Shown here: positions 9,518 to 18,997 of the stretch, piece by piece
Numbering within the stretch: the stretch's first letter is position 1
Layout of the letters: every line of letters begins with the position of its first letter
From: Candidatus Multivoradales bacterium
GTDB lineage: Bacteria; Acidobacteriota; Thermoanaerobaculia; Multivoradales; J023
Reading direction: 5' to 3'
Assembly (NCBI GenBank): GCA_965248925.1
Contig: CBDFLE010000004.1
Location: forward strand, 1-64,000
Length of the DNA: 64,000 nt
Translations under genes and position numbers: made by a program
Notes under the pieces: model-generated
What the model was told of the DNA's origin: nothing
Seen by the model: only the letters and a program-made list of their open reading frames with translations
Databases searched by the model: none

Positions 9518-11209
9518 TCATCGGCGTGGACTCGGAACGGGACAAGTGGTGGCGCCCATGGACGCCGAGGAAACGGTGGCGGCATAGCGCGCCAGGACGC
9601 CGTGGCGGTGCTTGGCGGCGGGCGGCGAGGCCTGGCGCTCGCTCAGATCCACGGCGACATCGAGCCGTCGGGCCGCCACATCGATACACAGTGGATCGCC
9701 ATCGCGCAGCAGGGCCAGCGGGCCGCCACGGGCCGCCTCCGGGGTAACGTGGCCAATCATCATGCCGTGACTGGCGCCGGAGAATCGGCCATCGGTGACC
9801 AGCGCCACGCGGTGTCCCAGCCCGGCACCGACCAAGGCCGCGGTGACCTGCAACATTTCGCGCATGCCGGGGCCGCCACAGGGGCCCTCGTAGCGGATCA
9901 CCAGCACCTCGCCGGCGCGGACTTGGCCGTCTTCGAGGGCGGCGAAGCAGTCCTCCTCGCAGTCGAAGACTCGGGCCGGGCCGGCGAACTTGGCGGGGCA
10001 GTCCGCAGGCATCTTAAGCACACAGCCGGCAGGGGCTAGTGAGCCTCGGAGGATCGCCAGGTGGCCGCTGGGCCGCAGCGGCTGAGCACTGGCTCGCAGC
10101 ACTTGCTGGTCCGGGGTTTCGCAGGCCTTGCTGGCGAGCTGGGTGAGGCTTGGCCCGGCTACCGTGGGAGTTTCTTGCAGCAGTCCAAGCTCCGCGAGGC
10201 GGCTGGCCAGCAGGGCATAGCCGCCAGCCTGCCAGAGGTCGACGGCGGAGAATCTACCGGTTGGCTTGAGGTCTGCCAGAATTGGTGTCTGCCGGCTGAT
10301 GCGGTCGATGTCGTCAAGACCGAAGGCCACCCCAGCTTCTCGGGCAATGGCGATCAGGTGCAACACAGCGTTGGTCGAACCGCCGGTCGCGACCACCGCG
10401 GCGGCGGCGTTCTCGAGCCCCTGACGGGTTACCAATTGGTGGGTGGTCAGGCCTCGATGGTAGACCTCCACCACTAGGCGGCCGCTGGCGATGGCGGCTG
10501 CGCGGCGCTCGGGGGCTTGCGCCGGCAATCCGCTTGAGAGGGGTGACAGGCCGAGAAAGACCGCCGCTGTAGCCATGGTGTTGGCGGTGAACTGGCCGCC
10601 GCAGGCACCAGCGCCTGGGCAGGCGGCGCCTTCAATCTGCGCCAGACCGGCGTCGTCGAGGTCGCCGGTGGCATGTTGCCCGACTGCTTCGAAGACGTCT
10701 TGAATGGTGATGTCCCGACCTTGGTGGCGGCCCGGAGCGATCGAGCCGCCGTAGAGCATCAGCGCTGGCAGATCCAGTCGGGCGAGGCCCTGCAGGGTGC
10801 CGGCGACAGTCTTGTCGCAGCCTGAAATAGCGAGCACGGCGTCGAATTGGTGGCCTTCGACGACCAGCTCGATCGAGTCGGCGATGGCCTCGCGGCTGAC
10901 CAACGAGGAGCGCATGCCGACCGTGCCCATCGAGATACCGTCCGAGACCACTATGGTGTTGAACTCCACCGGCATCGCACCCGCCTCCCGAACACCTTCT
11001 TTGACCCACTTAGCAAGCTGCCGCAGGTGCATATTGCAGGGGGTGACTTCCGACCAGGTGTTGATGATCGCCACCGTCGGCTTGGCGAAGTCATCGTTGT
11101 CCCAGCCGGTGGCGCGCAGCATCGCCCGTGCCGGAGCGCGCTGGTGGCCGGCGAGCAGCCGTTGGCTGCGTCGGTGTATTTGAAGGGGGCTGTCTGGGAT
11201 CTTCTGCAT
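9518..11209 (-). CDS. ilvD: Dihydroxy-acid dehydratase
   Basis: [49 protein letters not shown]. Confidence 0.96.
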   Translation of the reverse strand: MQKIPDSPLQIHRRSQRLLAGHQRAPARAMLRATGWDNDDFAKPTVAIINTWSEVTPCNMHLRQLAKWVKEGVREAGAMPVEFNTIVVSDGISMGTVGMRSSLVSREAIADSIELVVEGHQFDAVLAISGCDKTVAGTLQGLARLDLPALMLYGGSIAPGRHQGRDITIQDVFEAVGQHATGDLDDAGLAQIEGAACPGAGACGGQFTANTMATAAVFLGLSPLSSGLPAQAPERRAAAIASGRLVVEVYHRGLTTHQLVTRQGLENAAAAVVATGGSTNAVLHLIAIAREAGVAFGLDDIDRISRQTPILADLKPTGRFSAVDLWQAGGYALLASRLAELGLLQETPTVAGPSLTQLASKACETPDQQVLRASAQPLRPSGHLAILRGSLAPAGCVLKMPADCPAKFAGPARVFDCEEDCFAALEDGQVRAGEVLVIRYEGPCGGPGMREMLQVTAALVGAGLGHRVALVTDGRFSGASHGMMIGHVTPEAARGGPLALLRDGDPLCIDVAARRLDVAVDLSERQASPPAAKHRHGVLARYAATVSSASMGATTCPVPSPRR

Positions 11210-11270
11210 GGCGTCAAGGTCTCCATGGGCGGATGACAACCGGACCCGAGTCGGTCCGAGATTTCGCCCA

Positions 11271-11310
11271 AATAGAAAACGGCCCGCACCTCTGAGAGGA
11301 GCGGGCCGTC
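11271..11310 (-). terminator. Attenuator terminator upstream of ilvD
   Basis: Minus strand ACGGCCCGC-TCCTCTCAGAGGT-GCGGGCCGT followed by TTTCTATTT. Confidence 0.85.
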
Positions 11311-11336
11311 GAATGCGCATTGCTTTTGCTCAGCGT

Positions 11337-11507
11337 CTAGAGAGTTGCCCACACCTCCGTCATGTGGCTAATAACGAGAATCAGGAGGATCAGGGCGAGA
11401 CTCGTGGACGCGAGTTCGATGTCGAAGCGGCGGCTCAGGGCCAATACCCCTGGCTGCCGCGCCTTGGCGGCGGCTTGCGGGGTAGGACTGGATTTCCTGC
11501 ACGACAT
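11337..11507 (-). CDS. ilv operon leader peptide (56 aa)
   Basis: MSCRKSSPTPQAAAKARQPGVLALSRRFDIELASTSLALILLILVISHMTEVWATL. The Leu/Ile/Val run lies just before the antiterminator/terminator. Start codon uncertain. Confidence 0.75.
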   Translation of the reverse strand: MSCRKSSPTPQAAAKARQPGVLALSRRFDIELASTSLALILLILVISHMTEVWATL

Positions 11508-11515
11508 GGTTGGGG

Positions 11516-11544
11516 ATTATTCGTAGCCATCAGCCACCTGTCAA
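11516..11544 (-). promoter_or_regulatory. Sigma70-type promoter of the ilv leader
   Basis: TTGACA-N17-AATAAT on the minus strand. Confidence 0.7.
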
Positions 11545-11767
11545 GAAGAAAGTCTGGCTATTCCGATCTGCGATTGATGGCCTTTGCCCCTAGTTTGAGG
11601 CCTTCTCTTCCTTCTACAATCAACCGCGCCCCGGACAATTCAGGGATCTCCCGCATCAGCCACCGGGGCGGCAGGCGGGTCGTTGGCGGCCGCAGGTGGG
11701 TCGCTGTAGGTTCCGCAGGCGATGGTGCCGCCCCCCTGGTGGTGGTTGAGAAAGGAGCTGGCAAAGC

Positions 11768-12409
11768 ATGAAAGTCGCAGGTGAATACACTTTCGAGGCG
11801 CCGCAGGCAGTGGTTTGGGAGGCGCTTCAGGATCCCGCTGTGATCGCTTCGGTGATGCCTGGTTGCGAAAAGCTGGAGTTGGTGGGCGAGAACCGGTACG
11901 AGGGCGTTCTGAACATCAAGATTGGCCCGGTGCAGGGCCGTTTCAAGGGCAAGATCAGGCTTGAGGACATCGTCGAGCCAGATAGCTACACCATGCATGT
12001 CGACGGGCGCGGCGCACCCGGATTCGTCAGGGCGGCGGCCAATGTGTTGCTGGCTTCAGCTGGCGACGGCACCCGCATGACCTACGATAGCGACGCCCAG
12101 GTTGGTGGTCGCCTGGCCAGCGTCGGTCAGCGCTTGATCGACAGTTCGGCGAAGGCGATCATCAAGCAGAGTCTCGATGGGCTCAACCAGTTGATGGCCG
12201 CGCGAGCAGCGACCAGCAATGGCGCTGGCGAAGGTGCTGGAGACAGCGATGCTGAGGCCGAACCGATTGCGATCGAGGCTCCGTCGCAGGCCGAGTTCGC
12301 CGCCAACATCGCCAAGGAGGTGGCCAAGGATCTACTTCCCGGAGGACCGGTGGTGTGGATCGCGGCGGCGCTGGCCCTGCTAGCGATTCTCTATTTCGTT
12401 CTGCGCTGA
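11768..12409 (+). CDS. coxG: CoxG (SRPBCC) family protein with C-terminal TM helix
   Basis: VWEALQDP..IASVMPGCE, KIGPVQGRFKG, AQVGGRLASVGQRLID. Confidence 0.85.
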   Translation: MKVAGEYTFEAPQAVVWEALQDPAVIASVMPGCEKLELVGENRYEGVLNIKIGPVQGRFKGKIRLEDIVEPDSYTMHVDGRGAPGFVRAAANVLLASAGDGTRMTYDSDAQVGGRLASVGQRLIDSSAKAIIKQSLDGLNQLMAARAATSNGAGEGAGDSDAEAEPIAIEAPSQAEFAANIAKEVAKDLLPGGPVVWIAAALALLAILYFVLR

Positions 12410-12429
12410 AAAGTGATGCGGTTTGGCGG

Positions 12430-12837
12430 TCAGATGGTCACTCGCGATCGCCGCCGCCGTGGCGCCCCGACGTAGGCCACGGCCAGCAGCACGGAGATCA
12501 GCAGGACGCTGTACTCCGCGCCGTTGCGTCCCGCGCCAACCACGAACCAGCCTTCTTGGGCGTGTAGCAGAACGATCCCGCCGCTCAACTCGACGGCGAA
12601 GAGAATCGCCAGCGAGCGTCGCCATTTGCCCAGCGCCAAGAGCGAGGCGCCGACCATCTCGAACAGAGTCAGGCCCCAAGCGAAGTAGAGGCCCAAGGGT
12701 AGGCCGGCGCCGTGCAGAAAGACGCCGAACTCGTCAACAGTTCCCAGGCTGAGACGACTGATGCCGTGAACCAGCAGCAGCAGCGCCACGGCCACGCGCA
12801 GGAAAGAGATGGCTGTACGGCTGGATCGGTTTCGCAT
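12430..12837 (-). CDS. DoxX family membrane protein
   Basis: LRVAVALLLLVHG, GWFVVGAGRNGAEYSVLL. Confidence 0.85.
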   Translation of the reverse strand: MRNRSSRTAISFLRVAVALLLLVHGISRLSLGTVDEFGVFLHGAGLPLGLYFAWGLTLFEMVGASLLALGKWRRSLAILFAVELSGGIVLLHAQEGWFVVGAGRNGAEYSVLLISVLLAVAYVGAPRRRRSRVTI

Positions 12838-12955
12838 CGCAACGCTCCAAGCCCGATGGCAGTAAGGGGTAGGGCTATTTACGGCGATTGTCTCACAATC
12901 GACCCGCGGTCCTGTTCGGAGCCCTCCATAGGCCGGCTGAGTCGCTGCTGTCTGC

Positions 12956-14743
12956 TTAGTCAGGTTCGGCGAGCAGCATCTTGATCGCCTCTTGCTGCTT
13001 CCCTGGCCGCGCTTTGCTAGCAAGTTCCAGCAGTGCCGCTGAGGCTGCTTCGCGTTGGCCTCCCTGGATCAGCCGATGGGCCTCTTGGTAGCTCTCGGCG
13101 AATCGGTTTTGCTGTGCTGTCCGAGCCAGGGACAGCAGCAGTTGGGCGGCGCGCTGGGCGAGAGCGGGATCGGTGGAATGAGCGCGAACCTGAGCGAGTA
13201 GCGCGACCGCGTCGTCGAGACGCTCAGCCGCCGCCAGGCGGTTGGCTTGGCGATAGTCCATTTGCAGTAGCACCTGACGCGCCCGGCTGAGCGAGGTTGG
13301 GTCGGTGGTGGTGCGCCGCAAGCCAGCATAGACCTCGTCGGCCTGGTCTCGCTGGCCGCTCTTGGCGTAGGCCAAGAGCAGATTTAGGGCGATGTCTTGG
13401 CGTCCGGGGAGCATGCTCCGGGCTCGTTCCAGGGCAGCGGTGCCAGCTGCCGAAGGCCCGGCTTGAAGGCCCCAAGCGAAGCCTAGTCGGGCCCAACCCT
13501 GGGCATAGTCGGGGCGCATTGCAACCACTTGTTCAAAGGCCGAGCGGGCGCGCTGTAGGAGTTCTTCCTGGGCCGCGTCTTGGGGTCGTCGGTTGCCCAG
13601 AGTGCGCAGCAGGCTCTCGCCGTAGAGGTATTGCACTAGGGCATCGTCAGGTTGTCGCTCGATGGCCTTCTGATAGCGCTCGGCGGCCGCCTGCCAGTCG
13701 TTGTCGAGCTCCGCGACGTAGCCCAGACCGGCCCAAGACAGGCCGTGCTGCGGCTCGAGTTCCAAGGCCGAGTGAAAATACTCCGTCGCCGTAGCGCGCT
13801 GCCGTGGGGTGGCGTGGAGCAGCAGGTCGCCGAGGTGATAGAGCACTTCGAAGTTGGCCAGCCGGCGCGCCCTGGCGAAGGGCTTGTCTTCCCGCGCCAA
13901 GGAAATCCGCAAGAAGTGCCGCTGGTCCTGTGCTCGGTAGGTCGCCAGCTCGCGGTCGAGTATGGTCAGATCCATGCCATAGGCTGAGCGAAAGGCGGTG
14001 CCGGGGTCCTCGCCGCGGGCGACTCGGCGGATGTAGTCGCGGGTTTGCTGGCGGCGTTGTTGATCGGCGATTACCAAGTAGTGACTCAGGGCGCGACAGT
14101 GGTCAAGGTAGGAGCGCCAGCCCTCGGCTCCCAGCTCTTCGGGTCTGGCGGGTTGATCGACGATGCGCTCGACCGACCAGCCCTGGCCTCGGGTGGCCAT
14201 TGCTACATCGCTGCCGGGTCGGATGAGCAGGTCGGCTCGCAAGCCCAAGATGGCTTCCTTGCCGTCGACCTGAAAGGTGCTATAGACCTCCGCCAAGCCT
14301 TGCCGAAACCAGGCCGGTAGCGTCGGTAAGCGGTTCTGCAACAGGTATTGAATGTACTGCCGGTAGATCAGCTGGGAGGGATTGGCGGCGGCGGCGTTGA
14401 GCGCCGCGTAGATACCGTGCGGGTGCGGCACCAAGTAGCCGGCCTCCTCCACCGAGCTGGCCGCGTCTTGCAACTGGTAGGCGGCGAAGCTCTGTCGGTT
14501 TTTGAACACGTAGACCTGCAACGGTACCGCCAATTGTACCATCTCCTCAGAAGCCACCTGGGCGAGGGTGCCGCGCAGTCGTTCCAAGTTGGCGGCCGCG
14601 GTCCACAGGTCGGCTTCGTCGACGTTGCCAAAGAAGCGGAAGTTCGGAGTGGTGACCTCCAGCCAAGGTTCCTTGGCGACCGCCAGGGTCGGGGCGGTGG
14701 CAAAGATTAGTAGCAGAGTCGCGCAGATCAGGACTCTAAGCAT
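12956..14743 (-). CDS. Secreted DUF1570/peptidase-MA-like domain plus TPR protein
   Basis: Signal peptide, WLEVTTPNF, PAWFRQGLAEVYSTF, multiple TPR repeats. Confidence 0.75.
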   Translation of the reverse strand: MLRVLICATLLLIFATAPTLAVAKEPWLEVTTPNFRFFGNVDEADLWTAAANLERLRGTLAQVASEEMVQLAVPLQVYVFKNRQSFAAYQLQDAASSVEEAGYLVPHPHGIYAALNAAAANPSQLIYRQYIQYLLQNRLPTLPAWFRQGLAEVYSTFQVDGKEAILGLRADLLIRPGSDVAMATRGQGWSVERIVDQPARPEELGAEGWRSYLDHCRALSHYLVIADQQRRQQTRDYIRRVARGEDPGTAFRSAYGMDLTILDRELATYRAQDQRHFLRISLAREDKPFARARRLANFEVLYHLGDLLLHATPRQRATATEYFHSALELEPQHGLSWAGLGYVAELDNDWQAAAERYQKAIERQPDDALVQYLYGESLLRTLGNRRPQDAAQEELLQRARSAFEQVVAMRPDYAQGWARLGFAWGLQAGPSAAGTAALERARSMLPGRQDIALNLLLAYAKSGQRDQADEVYAGLRRTTTDPTSLSRARQVLLQMDYRQANRLAAAERLDDAVALLAQVRAHSTDPALAQRAAQLLLSLARTAQQNRFAESYQEAHRLIQGGQREAASAALLELASKARPGKQQEAIKMLLAEPD

Positions 14744-15341
14744 CGGTGCTGCCTGCGCCCGCGACCTTGAGGGTGATCTGTTGATCGTGAATTCGCAGTT
14801 CTTGCAAATTGCCCAGCACCGCTCCTTCTTGGTTCAGCTGGCTGATCATTGCTTTCATTCGCCACAGAGCAAGGGTTTTGAGGGGCGGTACCAGGCGCAG
14901 TCGGCCGAGTTTCAATGCTTGGCTGCGAGCGTTGCAGGGGCGTTGCTGGCCGCAATCATCGAATTCGAACTCGATCTGGAAAGGGACCCGCAAAACCCGT
15001 CCTCGCAGGTAGATCGATAGCTCCTCCGGGCCGGTGGCCAGGCGCAGCTGTTCGAGGCCGATACTGAGGCCGCGGCCCTGGCGCGCCTGCGGGTTATGCT
15101 CTAACAAGCTTGCCAGGTGCGCGTTGATCTGTCGTTCAGTGAAGGTGCCGGTGGCGGTTTGGCCGTGCTCTACCGCCCGCGCCAGGCGGGACAATTCGCG
15201 GTTGCAGGCCCGTGCTTCGTGGTGGTTACCAAGTTCGCCGTTGCTGCTTACCGGCCACAGGGCGAAACTCAAGGCGGCGGTGGTCAGGGCCAGGGCGCAG
15301 ATCTTGCCAAGGTGCTTCTTCCAAGTTCGGTCAGTGGGCAT
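14736..15341 (-). CDS. Hypothetical exported protein
   Basis: AAGGA RBS, N-terminal hydrophobic segment, overlaps the next gene start. Confidence 0.65.
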   Translation of the reverse strand: MPTDRTWKKHLGKICALALTTAALSFALWPVSSNGELGNHHEARACNRELSRLARAVEHGQTATGTFTERQINAHLASLLEHNPQARQGRGLSIGLEQLRLATGPEELSIYLRGRVLRVPFQIEFEFDDCGQQRPCNARSQALKLGRLRLVPPLKTLALWRMKAMISQLNQEGAVLGNLQELRIHDQQITLKVAGAGSTDA

Positions 15342-15545
15342 AATTATCTATCCTTTGATGAAGCGGGTCGCTGTTGGATTGCCGAGTGAAGCCATCTCCT
15401 AATACTCTTTATTGGCGTTTCACATTCAAGAAAGTTACATCCAGGGCGAATTTTCTTTGCCTAAGATCAGAGTTTAGGAGCTGCCCGGGAGAGGGGGGGG
15501 GGGAGGCGGGTGGTAGCTGACTTGGCGGGGATCGAGAGGAGAGAG

Positions 15546-15569
15546 GCCGGCCCGCTGAGCGGACCGGCG
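15546..15569 (-). terminator. Hairpin downstream of the small Cys-rich gene
   Basis: GCCGG-CCGC-TGA-GCGG-CCGGC-type stem followed by CTCTCTCCTCTC on the minus strand. Confidence 0.4.
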
Positions 15570-15590
15570 AGGTGGGAGCCTAGATCAGCT

Positions 15591-15872
15591 TCAGAGTGGA
15601 ATGCAGCCGGTTCTCTTATAGCAAGAGCCTGTCCAATTGTGGGAGGGATGGGAAAGGGTGAAGACCTGGCAACAGGAGACATCGCCGTTCTTGAAGGTCT
15701 TGAGGCAGCTGTCGTCCGGGTACCAGCCGGTAAGGTTGCTGGGGCAGTACTTGATCGGGCACGAGCCGCCGATCGCTTCGGCCGGCTCGGTCGACAGCAC
15801 TAGGCCGCCGGCAAATAGGGTGCCGGTTAGGGTCAGCACGAAAGCCAATCGGGTCCATCGTTTGAGGTCCAT
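15591..15872 (-). CDS. Small secreted Cys-rich peptide
   Basis: AAGGAG RBS, signal peptide ending AEA, 60-aa mature region with 7 Cys. Confidence 0.8.
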   Translation of the reverse strand: MDLKRWTRLAFVLTLTGTLFAGGLVLSTEPAEAIGGSCPIKYCPSNLTGWYPDDSCLKTFKNGDVSCCQVFTLSHPSHNWTGSCYKRTGCIPL

Positions 15873-16048
15873 TGTTTCTCCTTCTTCCTAGTGGACGTTG
15901 GCGGCCGGCACGGCCGGCCTGGTTCGTTGGTATACGCGCAAGAAAGAGGGCGAAAGGTGTCAGCGGAGTGGCGAGTAGCTTCTCGGCGGAGGCATTGGCT
16001 CCTTTTTGGCACTCGCTGCGGACCCGAAAACGCCCGCTTCCGCTAGAA

Positions 16049-18997
16049 TTGGAGATTCTTTCCGAGGAAGCTAAATTTGATGATTGGAGTGCTCCCATCG
16101 CTAGCCAAACCGAGTTCGATCGGCGCCTGACGCAGGTTCTCGATGGCGCCTCGCGGCTGCCGGCCGCGGGGCGGCGAGAGTACCTAGCCGCGGCCTGTGG
16201 TGCGGACCATGACTTGCTGCGGCGGGCCGAGCAGACCCTGGCGCTGGAGCAGAGCTCGCGGCGCAGCGGCGGGCTGCTCGAGGAGCTGATCGATAGAGAT
16301 TTGCTAGGTACCACGGTGGGCTCTATTCGGCTGGTCGATGAGATCGGCATCGGCGGCATGGGCAAGGTCTACCTGGGACGGGATCGGCGACTGGGCCGCA
16401 AGGTGGCAGTGAAGTGCATTCGCCCCGAGCAGGCGCTGAGTGAAGAGGTCAAGGCCCGCTTCCTCAAAGAAGCGCAGATCCTCTCGCGGCTGCAACACCC
16501 CAATATTTGCCAGATCTACGAGTACATCGAGGGGGACGAGACCGATTTCCTGGTCCTCGAGTTGATCGAGGGCCAGAGCCTCAAGGAGGCCTTGCGCCAT
16601 CCCGAAGAGCTCGACGCCGCGGCCAAGATGCGCATTGCTATTGAGACCACCGAGGCCCTGGCCGCCGCTCACGCGGCCGGTGTGGTGCATCGCGACCTGA
16701 AGCCCGCCAACATCATGGTGACCACCGCCGGGCAACCCAAGATTCTTGATTTCGGCATCGCCCGCAGCCTGGTGGACGATGCGCCAACCCGCACTCTGGA
16801 GGCGGTGCGCACCTCCTCCCGTCCCGCCGCCAGGGTGCAGGGAAGTGGCGGCGATGGCTCCTCGGCTTCGGCGATGGCTACCGAGACCGGCTCCCTGATC
16901 GGTACCCCCCACTACATGAGCCCTGAGCAGGCGCTGGGCGAGCGCGTCTCGCCGGCCAGCGATATGTACTCCCTCGGGCTCCTGCTGCAAGAACTCTTCA
17001 CCGGCAAGAGTGCCTACGCCAGAAAAGCCAATCCCGCCCGCTTGCTCTTTGATGTTGCCGAGGGCAAGACACGACCGATCGAGGGTCTCGACCGGCAGCT
17101 TACCGAACTTATCGAGCGGCTTGAATCGGCGGCTCCCGGCGCCCGGCCGTCGGCGGTCGATACCGCCGAGCGTTTGCGCTATATCCGCGATGCCCCGAGT
17201 CGCCGCCGCCTCGCTCGGCTGAAGCTGGTCGCGGTGGCGGTGCTGGCGGTGTTGGCGGTGGTGATGACCCTGCAAGCCTTCCGCATTCGCCAGGAGGCCG
17301 AACGGGCCAACCGCGAGGCGGCGCTGGCGCGCCAAGAAGCCGACACCTCCGAGGAGGTGCTGAGGGTTCTCCTGTCATTGTTCGAGGTCTCCGATCCGGG
17401 TACGGCGCGGGGCAGTGAGATCACCGCCCGCGAGCTTCTCGACCGCGGCGCTGAGAGCATTCCTGAGCGGTTGCGAGATCAGCCCCGAGTGCGCGCCCGC
17501 CTGCTCGACAGCATGGGGGTGATCTATCGCAAGCTGGGGCTGCTGGCGCCCGCGGCGACCCTGCTGAGCGACGCGGTCGAAGCGCGTCGGGAGGCCTTCG
17601 GTGAGCATGCCCCCGAGGTTGCCGAGAGCCTGGAACAACTGGCGATTGTAGCGATCGAAGAAAATCGCTTGGAGGAAGCCGATCGCTTGAGTCAGGAAGC
17701 CCTGGAGCTGCGCCAACAGGCCTATGGCAGTGAGCACCCGGCGGTGGGTCGCAGCCTCGATCAGCGAGCGCAAATCGCCGCCAAGCAGGCTCGGCCCCAA
17801 GCAGCGGTGGATCTCTTCGAACGCTCGTTGGCACTGCGTCAAGATCAGCCCGACGAGGATCCCGAGGAGCTGGCGCATACCCTCACCAACTTGGCCTACG
17901 TCTACGATGAGCTGGGCGAACTCGATCGCGCTGAAGTCACCCACCGGCGGGCGCTGGAAATCCGTGAGGGCTTTGGCCAAGACCACCCCGACTTGGCGCT
18001 CAGCCTGCGCGGTCTGGCCATCGTCCGGCTGCGCAAGGGAGAGCCCGAGGAGGCGCGGCTATTGCTCGAACGGGCCCTGCCGATAGCCGAACATGCACTC
18101 GGCCAGGACAGCTATCAGGTGGGCAAGATTCTGATGAATCTGGCCACCGCAGAGACTGAACTCGGGGCCAGTGCCGTTGCCGAAGAGAAGTATCTGCGGG
18201 TGTTGCGTATTTTCGAAGATCGGCTTGGCGCCGGTCATCCCAGGTTGGCGGGCGCTCTTGGCAATCTGGCCAATTTGCAGATCAAGCAGGGAAGCTATGC
18301 CGCTAGTGAAGTTAGCTTCCGGCGCGCTGAGAAGATTTTCGCCGCCGCTCTCGGCAGCGAACATCCAGCGGTTGCCGCCTGCCTTGGTGGTTTGGGGGTG
18401 AGCCTGTTGAAACGGCGTCTGTATGTTCAAGCTGAGGCTCAGTTAGAGCATGGGCGGGAGATTCTCGAAGCGATACACGGTCCAGATCACTTTGCCTTGG
18501 CGCGAATTCTGAGCCAGCAGGCTTTGGTCTATGCCGCGACCTCGCGACTCGATTTGGCGCGCGAGGTTGCGGCACACGCGGTACGGATCGCCGAGAGTAG
18601 CGAGGGGTCGCGGATTGACCTGGCCTCATACTTGGTGGTGCTGGCGGAGGTCGACTATCAGGCTGGGGAATTGAGTACCGCTGAACAGGGTTTGTTGCGC
18701 GCTCGCGATCTGTTCGCCGAAGCACTCGAACCAGGGGACCCGAGGATTGGCTCAGCGTTGCGCCGCCTGGCCAACATCTATCGCGATCTGGGCGAACATG
18801 CGCGGGCTGAGCTGCTCTATGAACGCTGTGCCGAACTCTACCGGCAGGCCCACGGAGCGGAGCACCCCGTCTTCGTCGAGCTGTTCGAGGATCATGCTCA
18901 GCTACTGGATGCACTGGGCCGCGAGCAGGCGGCGCGAGATCTGCGGCAGCGGGCTCGAGCGCTGGCTCGCGCAGCTGGAATCGCGAATCGACCCTGA
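16049..18997 (+). CDS. Hanks-type Ser/Thr protein kinase with TM helix and TPR repeats
   Basis: GIGGMGKVY, VAVK, HRDLKPAN, DFGIA, GTPHYMSPEQ, TM segment, kinesin-light-chain-like TPRs. Start uncertain (TTG 16049 or ATC 16097). Confidence 0.93.
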   Translation: MEILSEEAKFDDWSAPIASQTEFDRRLTQVLDGASRLPAAGRREYLAAACGADHDLLRRAEQTLALEQSSRRSGGLLEELIDRDLLGTTVGSIRLVDEIGIGGMGKVYLGRDRRLGRKVAVKCIRPEQALSEEVKARFLKEAQILSRLQHPNICQIYEYIEGDETDFLVLELIEGQSLKEALRHPEELDAAAKMRIAIETTEALAAAHAAGVVHRDLKPANIMVTTAGQPKILDFGIARSLVDDAPTRTLEAVRTSSRPAARVQGSGGDGSSASAMATETGSLIGTPHYMSPEQALGERVSPASDMYSLGLLLQELFTGKSAYARKANPARLLFDVAEGKTRPIEGLDRQLTELIERLESAAPGARPSAVDTAERLRYIRDAPSRRRLARLKLVAVAVLAVLAVVMTLQAFRIRQEAERANREAALARQEADTSEEVLRVLLSLFEVSDPGTARGSEITARELLDRGAESIPERLRDQPRVRARLLDSMGVIYRKLGLLAPAATLLSDAVEARREAFGEHAPEVAESLEQLAIVAIEENRLEEADRLSQEALELRQQAYGSEHPAVGRSLDQRAQIAAKQARPQAAVDLFERSLALRQDQPDEDPEELAHTLTNLAYVYDELGELDRAEVTHRRALEIREGFGQDHPDLALSLRGLAIVRLRKGEPEEARLLLERALPIAEHALGQDSYQVGKILMNLATAETELGASAVAEEKYLRVLRIFEDRLGAGHPRLAGALGNLANLQIKQGSYAASEVSFRRAEKIFAAALGSEHPAVAACLGGLGVSLLKRRLYVQAEAQLEHGREILEAIHGPDHFALARILSQQALVYAATSRLDLAREVAAHAVRIAESSEGSRIDLASYLVVLAEVDYQAGELSTAEQGLLRARDLFAEALEPGDPRIGSALRRLANIYRDLGEHARAELLYERCAELYRQAHGAEHPVFVELFEDHAQLLDALGREQAARDLRQRARALARAAGIANRP

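Noticed and set aside
16304-17986. Long antisense ORFs (e.g. 16304-17335, 17375-17986) and similar shadow ORFs across the window
   Set aside because: Typical stop-poor antisense frames of high-GC genes, lying opposite well-supported CDSs.
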